Assembly (NCBI GenBank): GCA_030432755.1
Contig: JAUILZ010000007.1
Span: forward strand, 92,389-156,388
From: Gammaproteobacteria bacterium
Lineage (GTDB): Bacteria > Pseudomonadota > Gammaproteobacteria > Arenicellales > Poriferihabitantaceae
DNA length: 64,000 nt
Reading direction: 5' to 3'
Below, piece after piece: positions 1-8,001 of the stretch. The translations under genes and the position numbers were made by a program. Position 1 is the first letter of the stretch, and each line of letters begins with the position of its first letter. Under the pieces are notes generated by a model, which saw nothing but the letters and a program-made list of their open reading frames with translations, was not told the DNA's origin and made no database searches.

Positions 1-132
1 CGCTGCCATCCGCTCAATCCGGGGGGCTGGGATCCGGTTCCCGGATCAAAGATGGCGAAGGAAAACGACACAGCGCCGGGGGATGCGGAAGACGCGACCG
101 CCGGCAACCACTATCAACACGCACCGCAGTAA
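1..132 (+). CDS. yidD: Membrane protein insertion efficiency factor YidD, C-terminal fragment (5' end outside window)
   Basis: Frame 1 reads RCHPLNPGGWDPVPGSK... to TAA at 130-132. This matches the conserved YidD C-terminal motif, and it lies directly upstream of yidC as in the rnpA-yidD-yidC-mnmE cluster. Confidence 0.7.
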   Translation, partial: RCHPLNPGGWDPVPGSKMAKENDTAPGDAEDATAGNHYQHAPQ

Positions 133-147
133 CACCGACACTCCCCG

Positions 148-1845
148 ATGGATTTCCGACGACTGATTCTTTTCGGCGCTCTCGGCCTGGTCCTGATGAT
201 GATCTGGCAGTCCTGGATCCAGTTCCAGGTGGAGCACGACCCGAATTACGCCGCCCAGGGCGGCACGGAATCCGCCACCGGCGCCGGCACTACTGGTGGC
301 AGCACCAATCTCAGCGACGACATTCCCACCGCACCCGCGGTAACCACCGAAGCGGCGCCCGCGACGCCGGAGTCGGAGCCTGCGGCGGAAGCTGCCACGA
401 CCGGACGCATCATCAACGTCGAGACTGATGTCATCCGCGCGCAGATCGACACCCATGGCGGCGACCTGGTGCGGGTGGAGCTGCTGAAGCATCCGGTCAG
501 CGTGGAAACCCCGGACGACCCCTTCGTCCTCATGCACCGTGACAGCCCGGCGCTCTACGTTGCCCAAAGCGGTCTCATTGGTAGCAGCGAGCGCGAGTAT
601 CCGAATCACAACGTGGAATTCACCACTGACCGGGATTCGGTGACCCTGGGTGATGGCGAAGACGTGCAGGTGGTACTGCGCTGGGACGCGCCCGACGGCG
701 TGGCTTACACGAAGACCTATACCTTCCGTCGGGACAGCTACCGCATTGACGTGGACTTCGGCGTAGAGAACCGTAGCGACACGGACTGGACCGGCTTCTT
801 CTACGGCCAACTGAAGCAGACCGAGGTTTCCCAGCCGGGCTCCATGGGGTTCCTTGGACGCCTCCCGAGTTACAACGGCGCGGTGATCTACACCGGCGAG
901 GAAAAATACGAGAAGGTCAACTATGGCGACATCGCCGATGGTCCGCTCAATGTCACCACCGGTACGGGCTGGGTGGCGATGCTGCAGCATTACTTCGTCG
1001 GCGCCTGGTTGCCCGGCGGGACTTCCGCGGTACAACTCTATTCCGGCGTCAGTCGCAATACCACGCTGCCGCAGTACCGTATCGGCTTCAAGCAGACCGA
1101 GCCGGTGCACATCGCCGCCGGCGGTAGCGGCAACGTAAGCAGTTCCCTGTTCGTCGGGCCCAAGAACCAGAAGCGGCTCAATGCCCTCGAGGTGGAAGGC
1201 ATCGAACTCACCGTGGACTATGGCTGGCTCACCCCCGTCGCGGAGCCCCTGTTCTGGCTGCTGCAGAAGATCCACGACCTCGTCGGCAACTGGGGCTGGG
1301 CGATCATCCTGCTTACCGTGCTGGTGAAACTGGTTTTCTTCCCGTTGTCCGCCGCGAGCTACAAGTCGATGGCGAAGATGAAGAAGCTGCAGCCGCGCCT
1401 GCAGACGCTGAAGGAGCGTTACGGCGACGACAAGCAGAAATTCCAGCAGGAGATGATGAAGCTGTACAAGACGGAGAAGGTCAATCCGGCTGGTGGCTGT
1501 CTTCCCATCCTGGTGCAGATCCCGGTATTCATCGCGCTTTACTGGGTGTTGCTGGAGAGTGTCGAGCTGCGCCAGGCGGACTTCGCGCTCTGGCTCAGGG
1601 ACCTCTCGCTGCCGGACCCGTACTTCGTCCTGCCGATCATCATGGGCGCTTCCATGCTGGCGCAACAGCTTCTCAACCCGGCCCCGCTGGACCCGCTGCA
1701 GAAGAAAATCATGACCGCGCTGCCCGTGGTGTTCACCGTGTTCTTCCTCTGGTTCCCCGCCGGTCTCGTCCTCTACTGGGTGGTGAACAACCTGTTGTCC
1801 ATTGCGCAGCAATACTTCATCACCCGGAAGTACCAGTCCAGCTGA
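148..1845 (+). CDS. yidC: Membrane protein insertase YidC
   Basis: 565 aa. N-terminal TM MDFRRLILFGALGLVLMMIWQSW, a large periplasmic domain, and a C-terminal 60 kDa IMP core (GWAIILLTVLVKLVFFPL, KLQPRLQTLKERYGDDKQK, NPAGGCLPILVQIPVFIALYWVL). Confidence 0.97.
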   Translation: MDFRRLILFGALGLVLMMIWQSWIQFQVEHDPNYAAQGGTESATGAGTTGGSTNLSDDIPTAPAVTTEAAPATPESEPAAEAATTGRIINVETDVIRAQIDTHGGDLVRVELLKHPVSVETPDDPFVLMHRDSPALYVAQSGLIGSSEREYPNHNVEFTTDRDSVTLGDGEDVQVVLRWDAPDGVAYTKTYTFRRDSYRIDVDFGVENRSDTDWTGFFYGQLKQTEVSQPGSMGFLGRLPSYNGAVIYTGEEKYEKVNYGDIADGPLNVTTGTGWVAMLQHYFVGAWLPGGTSAVQLYSGVSRNTTLPQYRIGFKQTEPVHIAAGGSGNVSSSLFVGPKNQKRLNALEVEGIELTVDYGWLTPVAEPLFWLLQKIHDLVGNWGWAIILLTVLVKLVFFPLSAASYKSMAKMKKLQPRLQTLKERYGDDKQKFQQEMMKLYKTEKVNPAGGCLPILVQIPVFIALYWVLLESVELRQADFALWLRDLSLPDPYFVLPIIMGASMLAQQLLNPAPLDPLQKKIMTALPVVFTVFFLWFPAGLVLYWVVNNLLSIAQQYFITRKYQSS

Positions 1846-3193
1846 CCACGGCCAGGACCCGGACAACGGCCAGGGCAACGACACCATTGTCGCCCCGGCC
1901 ACGCCGTACGGACGCGGCGGCATCGGCATCGTGCGGCTGTCAGGGTCCGCGGTGGCGGACATCGCGCGCGCCCTGACCGGCGTCCTGCCCGCGCCGAGGG
2001 AGGCCTGCTTCACGGTATTTCGCGACGCCGACGGCAGCGCCCTCGACGAGGGCATCGCGATCCATTTCCCCGGTCCTCAGAGCTATACCGGCGAGGACGT
2101 CCTCGAACTCCAGGGGCACGGCAGTCCGCTGGTGCTCGACATGATGGTGCGGCGCTGCCTCGCCCTCGGCGCGCGCCTCGCGCGGCCGGGGGAATTCAGC
2201 GAGCGCGCCTTCCTCTCGGGTCGCATGGACCTCGCCCAGGCGGAGGCGGTGGCGGATCTCATCGAGAGCAGCACCGAGGCCGCCGCGCGCTCCGCGCTCA
2301 ACGCCTTGCGGGGCCAGTTCTCCACCGAGGTCCATGCGCTATCGGATCAGCTTACCGGGCTGCGCGTCTACGTCGAGGCGGCGATCGATTTCCCCGACGA
2401 GGAGATCGACTTCCTCGCGGACGGCGAGGTGCTGCGGCGACTCGAGGCGCTCGAGCAGGCATTTTCCGAACTGCGCCGGGGCATGCGCCGTGGACGCCTG
2501 CTGCGCGACGGATTTCGCGTGGTCCTGAGCGGCGCGCCCAATGCCGGCAAATCCAGTCTCCTCAATCACCTGCTGCGCGAGCAGCGCGCCATCGTCAGCG
2601 ACATTCCGGGCACTACCCGGGACGTTCTCGAACAGTATCTCGATCTCGACGGCCTGCCGGTGCTGCTGGTGGATACCGCCGGCATTCGCGAGAGCCGCGA
2701 CGAGATCGAGGCCGAGGGCGTGCGCCGCGCGCGGGCGGCACGCTCGGGCGCCGACCTGGTGTTGCATGTCGTGGACCATGCAGCGGACGGCGACGCACTG
2801 CCTGCTGCTGACGATAGCGGAGCGCCGCTGCTGACCGTGTTCAACAAGATCGACCGCAGCGGCCATATGCCCGGGGCGGAAAAAAGCGCGATATACCTGT
2901 CCGCGAAAACCGGCGCGGGCGTCTCGCTGTTGGTCGAACGGATCAAGTCACTGGCAGGCTATTTCGAGGCCGATGGTGGCGGATTCATCGCTCGTCAGCG
3001 GCACATCGATGCGCTCGAGCGCGCCCATGATCGTGTCCATCACGGCATCACCCAGCTACGCGAATTCCACGCCGGTGAACTGCTCGCGGAAGAGCTTCGT
3101 CTCGCGCAACTGGCGCTCGGTGAAATCACCGGCGAGGTCACCAGCGACGAGTTGCTGGGACACATCTTCAGCGCGTTCTGCATCGGCAAATAG
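1802..3193 (+). CDS. mnmE: tRNA modification GTPase MnmE (TrmE)
   Basis: DTIVAPATPYGRGGIGIVRLSG N-domain, G1 GAPNAGKSSLLN, DTAG, NKID, and C-terminal CIGK. The start is uncertain: the only in-frame start before the conserved N-terminus is TTG at 1802, which overlaps yidC by 44 nt. Confidence 0.92.
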   Translation: MRSNTSSPGSTSPADHGQDPDNGQGNDTIVAPATPYGRGGIGIVRLSGSAVADIARALTGVLPAPREACFTVFRDADGSALDEGIAIHFPGPQSYTGEDVLELQGHGSPLVLDMMVRRCLALGARLARPGEFSERAFLSGRMDLAQAEAVADLIESSTEAAARSALNALRGQFSTEVHALSDQLTGLRVYVEAAIDFPDEEIDFLADGEVLRRLEALEQAFSELRRGMRRGRLLRDGFRVVLSGAPNAGKSSLLNHLLREQRAIVSDIPGTTRDVLEQYLDLDGLPVLLVDTAGIRESRDEIEAEGVRRARAARSGADLVLHVVDHAADGDALPAADDSGAPLLTVFNKIDRSGHMPGAEKSAIYLSAKTGAGVSLLVERIKSLAGYFEADGGGFIARQRHIDALERAHDRVHHGITQLREFHAGELLAEELRLAQLALGEITGEVTSDELLGHIFSAFCIGK

Positions 3194-3262
3194 CGCTACC
3201 CGGCGCCGCGCCTGCGCGTGAGCGCGCCGGGGTTGACATTGTAGGCGGCGCGAAGGCCACCT

Positions 3263-3268
3263 TATAAT
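3263..3268 (+). promoter_or_regulatory. Candidate -10 hexamer (perfect TATAAT) upstream of the ExbB-like/ExbD-like pair
   Basis: TATAAT at 3263-3268 in the 178-nt mnmE-to-3372 spacer. A perfect TTGACA lies at 3233-3238, but the spacer is 24 nt, too long for a canonical sigma70 pair. Confidence 0.3.
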
Positions 3269-3371
3269 CAGGCCATTCCTGCCGAATACGCCAGTCGGGG
3301 CCGGCGGGGGGAAACACAAATACGAATGGCCCAGCCCCGCCGATAAAGCGAGCCCGAAGAGGACAGCGACC

Positions 3372-4400
3372 ATGAGTAGAAGCACGCGGCTGACCACCAA
3401 CTACACCCAGAGCATCCTCATCCAGATGGTGCTCGTGCTGGTGATACTGGTGGGCGTCACGATCTGGCAATGGGATACGTTCCGCTCGATCTATATCCAC
3501 AACCAGGTCAACGCCGTCGGCTGGGTGATCAATGGCGGCATCGCGCTCCTTTTCCTGAGTGGCCTCGTTCAGCTCGTTGCCCGGTTCGCGGAGTACCGCA
3601 AGCAGGAAATCGCGCTCAACCGCTTCCTCGACAACGTGCACAACGACGAGGATCCGCTCAAGGGAATCGACCAGGCGAGCATGATCGCCGAGCGTTACCT
3701 GACCCTGGGCAAGCTCAACCGGCGGCGCGCACGGATCAACCACAGCGCCCTCGCGGCAACGCTCCACGCGGTGGAATCGAGCCGCAACAGCTACCTCAAG
3801 TTCGTCCAGAGCGTGCTCGTGCTCACCGGCGTTTTCGGCACCATCGTCTCGTTGTCCATCTCGCTGCTCGGCGCTTCCAACATCATCCAGGTCGGCCTGC
3901 ACGAGGCGCAGAGCACCGACGGCATGGGCACCATGATCTTCGGCATGTCCACGGCGCTGTCCACCACCATGTCGGCGATCCTCGCCTACCTCATCTTCGG
4001 CTACTTCTTCATCAAGCTCACGGATACCCAGACCTATCTCATCAGCCGGGTTGAGGAGGTCACCGCGACCACGTTGCTGCCGCATCTCCAGTCCATCCAG
4101 GACAAGGTCACCATGGACTACTCCGAGAGCATACGCGGGGCGACGGAGCTGATGCAGCGCTTCGACCAGTCCCAGCGGGTGTACGCCGACTCCGCCCAGC
4201 AGTTGCAGTCCTCCATCGAGCAGATCGCGGCCAACTATCGTCCGGAACTCACGGACGCCAGCGTGGAGACCGGCCGCCAGGTGCTGGAGGAGTTGCGCGA
4301 GATCGGCGAGAGGCAGCGCGAGGTTGCGCTGCGCAATGAACAGGCCATGGCGCAGATGATCCAGTTGCTGCGCGAAGGATTCCGCCTGAGCGGCAAGTAA
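3372..4400 (+). CDS. MotA/TolQ/ExbB-family proton-channel protein (A subunit of a stator-like pair), atypical
   Basis: 342 aa with four hydrophobic helices (about aa 14-33, 48-70, 145-166, 188-214). TM3 VLVLTGVFGTIVSL (G-x-x-GT) and TM4 GMSTALSTTMSAILAYLIFGYFF (AL-x-TT) match the signature helices of MotA/TolQ/ExbB. It has a 120-aa helical C-terminal tail. AGAGGA lies about 10 nt upstream of the ATG. Confidence 0.8.
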   Translation: MSRSTRLTTNYTQSILIQMVLVLVILVGVTIWQWDTFRSIYIHNQVNAVGWVINGGIALLFLSGLVQLVARFAEYRKQEIALNRFLDNVHNDEDPLKGIDQASMIAERYLTLGKLNRRRARINHSALAATLHAVESSRNSYLKFVQSVLVLTGVFGTIVSLSISLLGASNIIQVGLHEAQSTDGMGTMIFGMSTALSTTMSAILAYLIFGYFFIKLTDTQTYLISRVEEVTATTLLPHLQSIQDKVTMDYSESIRGATELMQRFDQSQRVYADSAQQLQSSIEQIAANYRPELTDASVETGRQVLEELREIGERQREVALRNEQAMAQMIQLLREGFRLSGK

Positions 4401-4409
4401 GCCGGTCCG

Positions 4410-6035
4410 ATGTCGGAAGAGAGCGGCTTCATCGACCTCAGGGTCGGCCACGGTATCCGCGGGCCCGGCGACGAAAGCGTCTGGCCGTCGTTCACCGACA
4501 TCATGACCGTGGTGGTGATGATCTTCCTCATGGCGCTGGTGATCATCATGGTGCGCAACAGCGATCTCAATCGCCAGTTGCTCAGCAGTTTCGATGTCAA
4601 CCAGGCAATCTCCAACGCCAACGTCGGCTTGAGCTCCGAGGTCAGCACCCTGCGCGACAACCTGCTCGCGATGCAGAAGGCGCTGGGGGACACCGAGAAC
4701 GAGAAACAGGACCTCAGCCGGCTGCTCGCGGACGAGACCGGCCGAGTGATCCAGTTGCTCGCGGCCAAGGACGCGCTTGAGCAGGAAGTGTCCGGCCTGA
4801 GCGAGCTCAAGGCCAGCCTGAGCGCGGAGAATCTCGACCTGCTGGCGGAGAAGGACCGCCTGACAGAAGTGAATCTCTCGCTGCTGGCGGACAAGGACCG
4901 GATGACGCTGGAGAACAGCGACCTGGCCACGGAGAACCAGCGCCTGCGTGACGCCAATGCGGCGCTGACGCAAAGCCGTGACCAGCTTTCCACCGAGAAC
5001 CAGGCGCTCACCACGGAGCGGGATACGCTGCGGGTCAACCTCGGCGACCTGCAGGATCGCAACCAGGTTCTCGAGTCGGACAAGGCGGCGCTGATCAGCC
5101 AGAGCGAGACGCTGGCGGCGTCGCGCGACGAGCTCGACCGCGAGAAACAGGCGTTGGCGGAGGAGGTGGAAACACTGATGGCGGCGCGGCGCCAGCTTCA
5201 GGCCGATCTCGAGTCCCTGCGCGAGGCGAACCAGGGGCTTGCCACGCGCAGCTCCGAACTCGAAGAGGAGAACCAGCGCCGCCAGGAGACCATCGAGGAC
5301 CTGTCCCGCCAGGAAGCGCTGCTGTCCAGCCAGCTCGCGGATATCTCGAGCCAGCTCGAGCAGCTGACCGTTTCCTCCGAGGCGGAGGTCGGCTCGCTGA
5401 CCCGGCGCAATCTGTCCTTGTCCGAGCAACTCGACGACGTCAACCTCAAGCTCGCGCAGCTCAATCTCGAGCTCGAACGCCAGCGGGCCCAGGAGTCCAC
5501 GCTGCTGGAGCAACTGGCGGATCGCCGGCGCGAGTTCGAGCAACTCCAGTCGCGGGAACAGTCCGCGCTGGAGCAGTATTCCGCCGCGAGCGAGGAAATC
5601 GAGGCGTTGGCGGAGCGCATCCGCGCGCGCGAATCGGAGAATCGTGAACTCCAGGCCGAGGCGGAGCGCCAGGGCGAGCTGTTCGTGTCGTTGCAGGAGG
5701 AATACGATGCCCTGGAGGAACGCTACCGCGGCCTGGTGCGCGCGGCGCGCTCGCCGGCCGGCAAGGAGGTCGCCGAGGTTTACTACCTGCGCTCCCCGAG
5801 CGGCTACGAGTATCGCCTGCGGACGCCCGGGGATGTCTCGCCGGAACTGGTCACCAGGGGGGAACTGGACAGCCGCCTCGCGGAACTCAAGGAACGCCAT
5901 GGCAGGGACCTCTACACCCGGGTGATCATTCCCGAGGACAGCAACCTGTCGCATAACGAGGCCTGGCGATTCACCCAGGAGATCCTCAACAACTACGACT
6001 ACTACTACCAACCCGTGGAGCGCGACGGGGAGTAG
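4410..6035 (+). CDS. ExbD/TolR-like membrane anchor fused to a ~370-aa coiled coil and a possibly ExbD-like C-terminal domain (B subunit of the stator-like pair)
   Basis: 541 aa. The N-terminus WPSFTDIMTVVVMIFLMALV resembles the ExbD/TolR/MotB TM helix and has a single membrane-embedded Asp (D30, codon 4497-4499). Residues about 75-445 are heptad-repeat coiled coil. The C-terminal ~90 aa (EVYYLRSPSGYEYRL...DLYTRVIIPEDSNLSHNEAWRFTQEIL) resembles the ExbD periplasmic domain. No OmpA-type peptidoglycan-binding motif is visible. It starts 9 nt after the upstream gene. Confidence 0.8.
   Translation: MSEESGFIDLRVGHGIRGPGDESVWPSFTDIMTVVVMIFLMALVIIMVRNSDLNRQLLSSFDVNQAISNANVGLSSEVSTLRDNLLAMQKALGDTENEKQDLSRLLADETGRVIQLLAAKDALEQEVSGLSELKASLSAENLDLLAEKDRLTEVNLSLLADKDRMTLENSDLATENQRLRDANAALTQSRDQLSTENQALTTERDTLRVNLGDLQDRNQVLESDKAALISQSETLAASRDELDREKQALAEEVETLMAARRQLQADLESLREANQGLATRSSELEEENQRRQETIEDLSRQEALLSSQLADISSQLEQLTVSSEAEVGSLTRRNLSLSEQLDDVNLKLAQLNLELERQRAQESTLLEQLADRRREFEQLQSREQSALEQYSAASEEIEALAERIRARESENRELQAEAERQGELFVSLQEEYDALEERYRGLVRAARSPAGKEVAEVYYLRSPSGYEYRLRTPGDVSPELVTRGELDSRLAELKERHGRDLYTRVIIPEDSNLSHNEAWRFTQEILNNYDYYYQPVERDGE
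4830..5375 (+). repeat. Thirteen consecutive 14-residue (42-nt) periodic units inside the coiled-coil CDS
   Basis: From aa 141-322: NLDLLAEKDRLTEV / NLSLLADKDRMTLE / NSDLATENQRLRDA / NAALTQSRDQLSTE / NQALTTERDTLRVN and onward. Position 4 is Leu or Ile in 13/13 units, and position 11 is Leu or Met in 12/13. The first two units (4830-4871, 4872-4913) are about 74% identical at the DNA level, consistent with tandem duplication. Confidence 0.75.
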
Positions 6036-6074
6036 ATAAGCTCTGGGTTTTCAGTGAGTTGCGTCAGGCGCCCG

Positions 6075-6083
6075 TGATATAAT
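6075..6083 (+). promoter_or_regulatory. Candidate extended -10 promoter element (TGaTATAAT) immediately upstream of mnmG
   Basis: TGATATAAT at 6075-6083. The hexamer ends 6 nt before the mnmG ATG (6090). No good -35 is present (GTGAGT at 17-nt spacing). Confidence 0.4.
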
Positions 6084-6089
6084 CGGGCC

Positions 6090-7970
6090 ATGCAGGCGCG
6101 CGGAAAATTCGATGTCATCGTGATCGGTGGCGGCCACGCGGGGGTGGAAGCCGCCCTGGCGGCCGCGCGCGCCGGCGCGTCCACGCTGCTGGTGACCCAC
6201 AACATCGAGACCGTGGGCCAGATGTCGTGCAATCCCGCCATCGGCGGCATCGGCAAGGGTCATATCGTCAAGGAGATCGACGCCCTCGGCGGGATCATGG
6301 CGCGCGCCATCGACCGCGCCGGCATCCACTTCCGAATTCTCAACGCGCGCAAGGGCCCGGCGGTCCAGGCCACCCGCGCCCAGGCGGACCGTGCTCTCTA
6401 CCGCATGGCCATCCGCGCCGCGGTGGAACGCCAGCCCGGCCTGACCCTGTTCCAGGAGGCGGTGGATGACCTCCTGGTGGAAGGCGGAAGGGTGCAGGGC
6501 GTGCGCACCCGGATCGGCATCACCTTCGTGGCGCCCGCCGTGGTGCTCACCACCGGCACGTTCCTCAACGGCAAGATCCATATCGGCATGGACAATGCCA
6601 TGGGCGGGCGCGCCGGCGACCCGCCCTCCATCGCGCTCGCCGACCGGCTGCGGGAAATGGCGCTCGGCGCGGACCGCCTGAAAACCGGGACCCCGCCGCG
6701 GATCGACGGCCGTACCATCGATTACAGCGAGCTCGCGCCGCAGCCCGGCGACGAGCCGGTGCCGGTGTTCTCCTTCATCGGCAGCGCGGCGGAGCACCCG
6801 GCCCAGGTGAACTGCCACATCACCCATACCAATGCCCGCACCCACGAGATCATCGCCGCCGGCCTCGATCGCTCACCGCTCTACGGCGGCGTCATCGAGG
6901 GCACCGGACCGCGTTACTGCCCGTCCATCGAGGACAAGGTGGTGCGCTTCGCCGACCGCGCGAGCCACCAGATCTTCATCGAGCCGGAGGGGCTGAACAC
7001 CACCGAGGTGTATCCCAACGGCATCTCCACCAGCCTGCCGTTCGACGTCCAGCAGGAACTGGTACGCAGCATTCGCGGATTCGAGAACGCGCGCATCACG
7101 CGACCCGGCTACGCCATCGAGTACGATTACTTCGATCCGCGCGGGTTGAAGCACAGCCTCGAGACCCGCGCCATCGAGGGGCTCTATTTCGCCGGCCAGA
7201 TCAACGGCACCACCGGCTACGAGGAGGCCGCGGGCCAGGGCCTGGTGGCGGGTCTCAACGCCGCGCGCCAGGTCGCCGGGCGCGAACCATGGTACCCGGG
7301 CCGCGGCGACGCTTACATCGGCGTGATGATCGATGACCTCGTGACCCTCGGCACGAGCGAACCCTATCGCATGTTCACCTCGCGCGCCGAGTACCGCCTG
7401 CAGCTGCGGGAGGACAATGCCGACCTGCGGCTGACGGAGACCGGGCGCGAACTCGGCCTGGTGGACGATGAGCGCATGCGGCGATTCGAAGCCAAGCGCG
7501 AGGCGGTAACCAGCGAGAAGCAGCGCCTGTCGCGCACCTGGCTGCATCCCGGCAGGCTCGACCCGGTACGCGAACAGCAGGTGCTCGGCCAGCCCCTTGC
7601 ACGCGAGGTCAACCTGCTGGAACTGCTGCGTCGCCCCGGCGTGGATTACCGCGCCGTGACGGGACTGGCGGGGCTCGCGGATACCCTCGCCGACCCCGAG
7701 GCGGTGCGCCAGCTGGAGGTCCAGGCGCGCTACGATGGCTACATCGAGCGTCAGCAGGGCGAGATCGCGCGCCTCCGGCGCCAGGAGAATACCGTCATCC
7801 CCGCAGACATGGATTATGAAACCGTGCGCGGGCTGTCAGCCGAGGTGCGGCAGAAGCTGGGCGAATCCCGGCCCGAGACAGTGGGCCAGGCGGCGCGAAT
7901 TCCGGGTATCACGCCGGCAGCGGTATCCCTTTTGCTGGTGCATCTCAAGCGTATCCAGCGGGCCGCCTGA
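6090..7970 (+). CDS. mnmG: tRNA uridine 5-carboxymethylaminomethyl modification enzyme MnmG (GidA)
   Basis: 626 aa. [24 protein letters not shown] fold, [24 protein letters not shown], and [19 protein letters not shown]. Confidence 0.97.
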   Translation: MQARGKFDVIVIGGGHAGVEAALAAARAGASTLLVTHNIETVGQMSCNPAIGGIGKGHIVKEIDALGGIMARAIDRAGIHFRILNARKGPAVQATRAQADRALYRMAIRAAVERQPGLTLFQEAVDDLLVEGGRVQGVRTRIGITFVAPAVVLTTGTFLNGKIHIGMDNAMGGRAGDPPSIALADRLREMALGADRLKTGTPPRIDGRTIDYSELAPQPGDEPVPVFSFIGSAAEHPAQVNCHITHTNARTHEIIAAGLDRSPLYGGVIEGTGPRYCPSIEDKVVRFADRASHQIFIEPEGLNTTEVYPNGISTSLPFDVQQELVRSIRGFENARITRPGYAIEYDYFDPRGLKHSLETRAIEGLYFAGQINGTTGYEEAAGQGLVAGLNAARQVAGREPWYPGRGDAYIGVMIDDLVTLGTSEPYRMFTSRAEYRLQLREDNADLRLTETGRELGLVDDERMRRFEAKREAVTSEKQRLSRTWLHPGRLDPVREQQVLGQPLAREVNLLELLRRPGVDYRAVTGLAGLADTLADPEAVRQLEVQARYDGYIERQQGEIARLRRQENTVIPADMDYETVRGLSAEVRQKLGESRPETVGQAARIPGITPAAVSLLLVHLKRIQRAA

Positions 7971-8001
7971 ACCACCCCGGGCAATTCAACAGCCGAATCC
8001 C

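Noticed and set aside
46-2055. A 669-aa minus-strand ORF antisense to yidC and the mnmE 5' end. Similar long antisense ORFs occur at 42619-44898 (opposite secA), 13513-14610 (opposite adhC), 16786-18186 (opposite hemW) and 52641-53900 (opposite sufB).
   Set aside because: All lie opposite genes with unambiguous conserved motifs and have Arg/Ala/Gly/Pro-rich compositions typical of GC-bias artefacts. None has a recognisable domain.
3199-3231. The inverted repeat CCCGGCGC...GCGCCGGG after the mnmE stop, considered as an intrinsic terminator.
   Set aside because: The stem is 8 bp with a 17-nt loop and no downstream U-tract, so it is not a canonical Rho-independent terminator.
3233-3238. A perfect TTGACA that might serve as the -35 partner for TATAAT at 3263.
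   Set aside because: The spacer is 24 nt, far from the 16-18 nt required for sigma70, so I keep only the -10 as a low-confidence element.
3168-6011. A 947-aa open frame on the minus strand, antisense to both genes of the ExbB/ExbD-like module.
   Set aside because: Its translation is low-complexity (R/A/L/Q/G-rich, and it begins MVVVVVVVED) with no recognisable motif. It spans the plus-strand intergenic gap. The plus-strand frames carry clear family motifs. Long stop-free antisense frames are expected in GC-rich DNA.
3372-6035. Assignment of the MotA-like/MotB-like pair to the Zorya anti-phage system (ZorAB).
   Set aside because: In Zorya the long coiled-coil tail is on the MotA-like ZorA and ZorB has an OmpA-type peptidoglycan-binding domain. 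ZorC/ZorD or ZorE genes also accompany them. Here the coiled coil is on the B subunit, no OmpA-like motif is visible, and the flanking genes are mnmE and mnmG.
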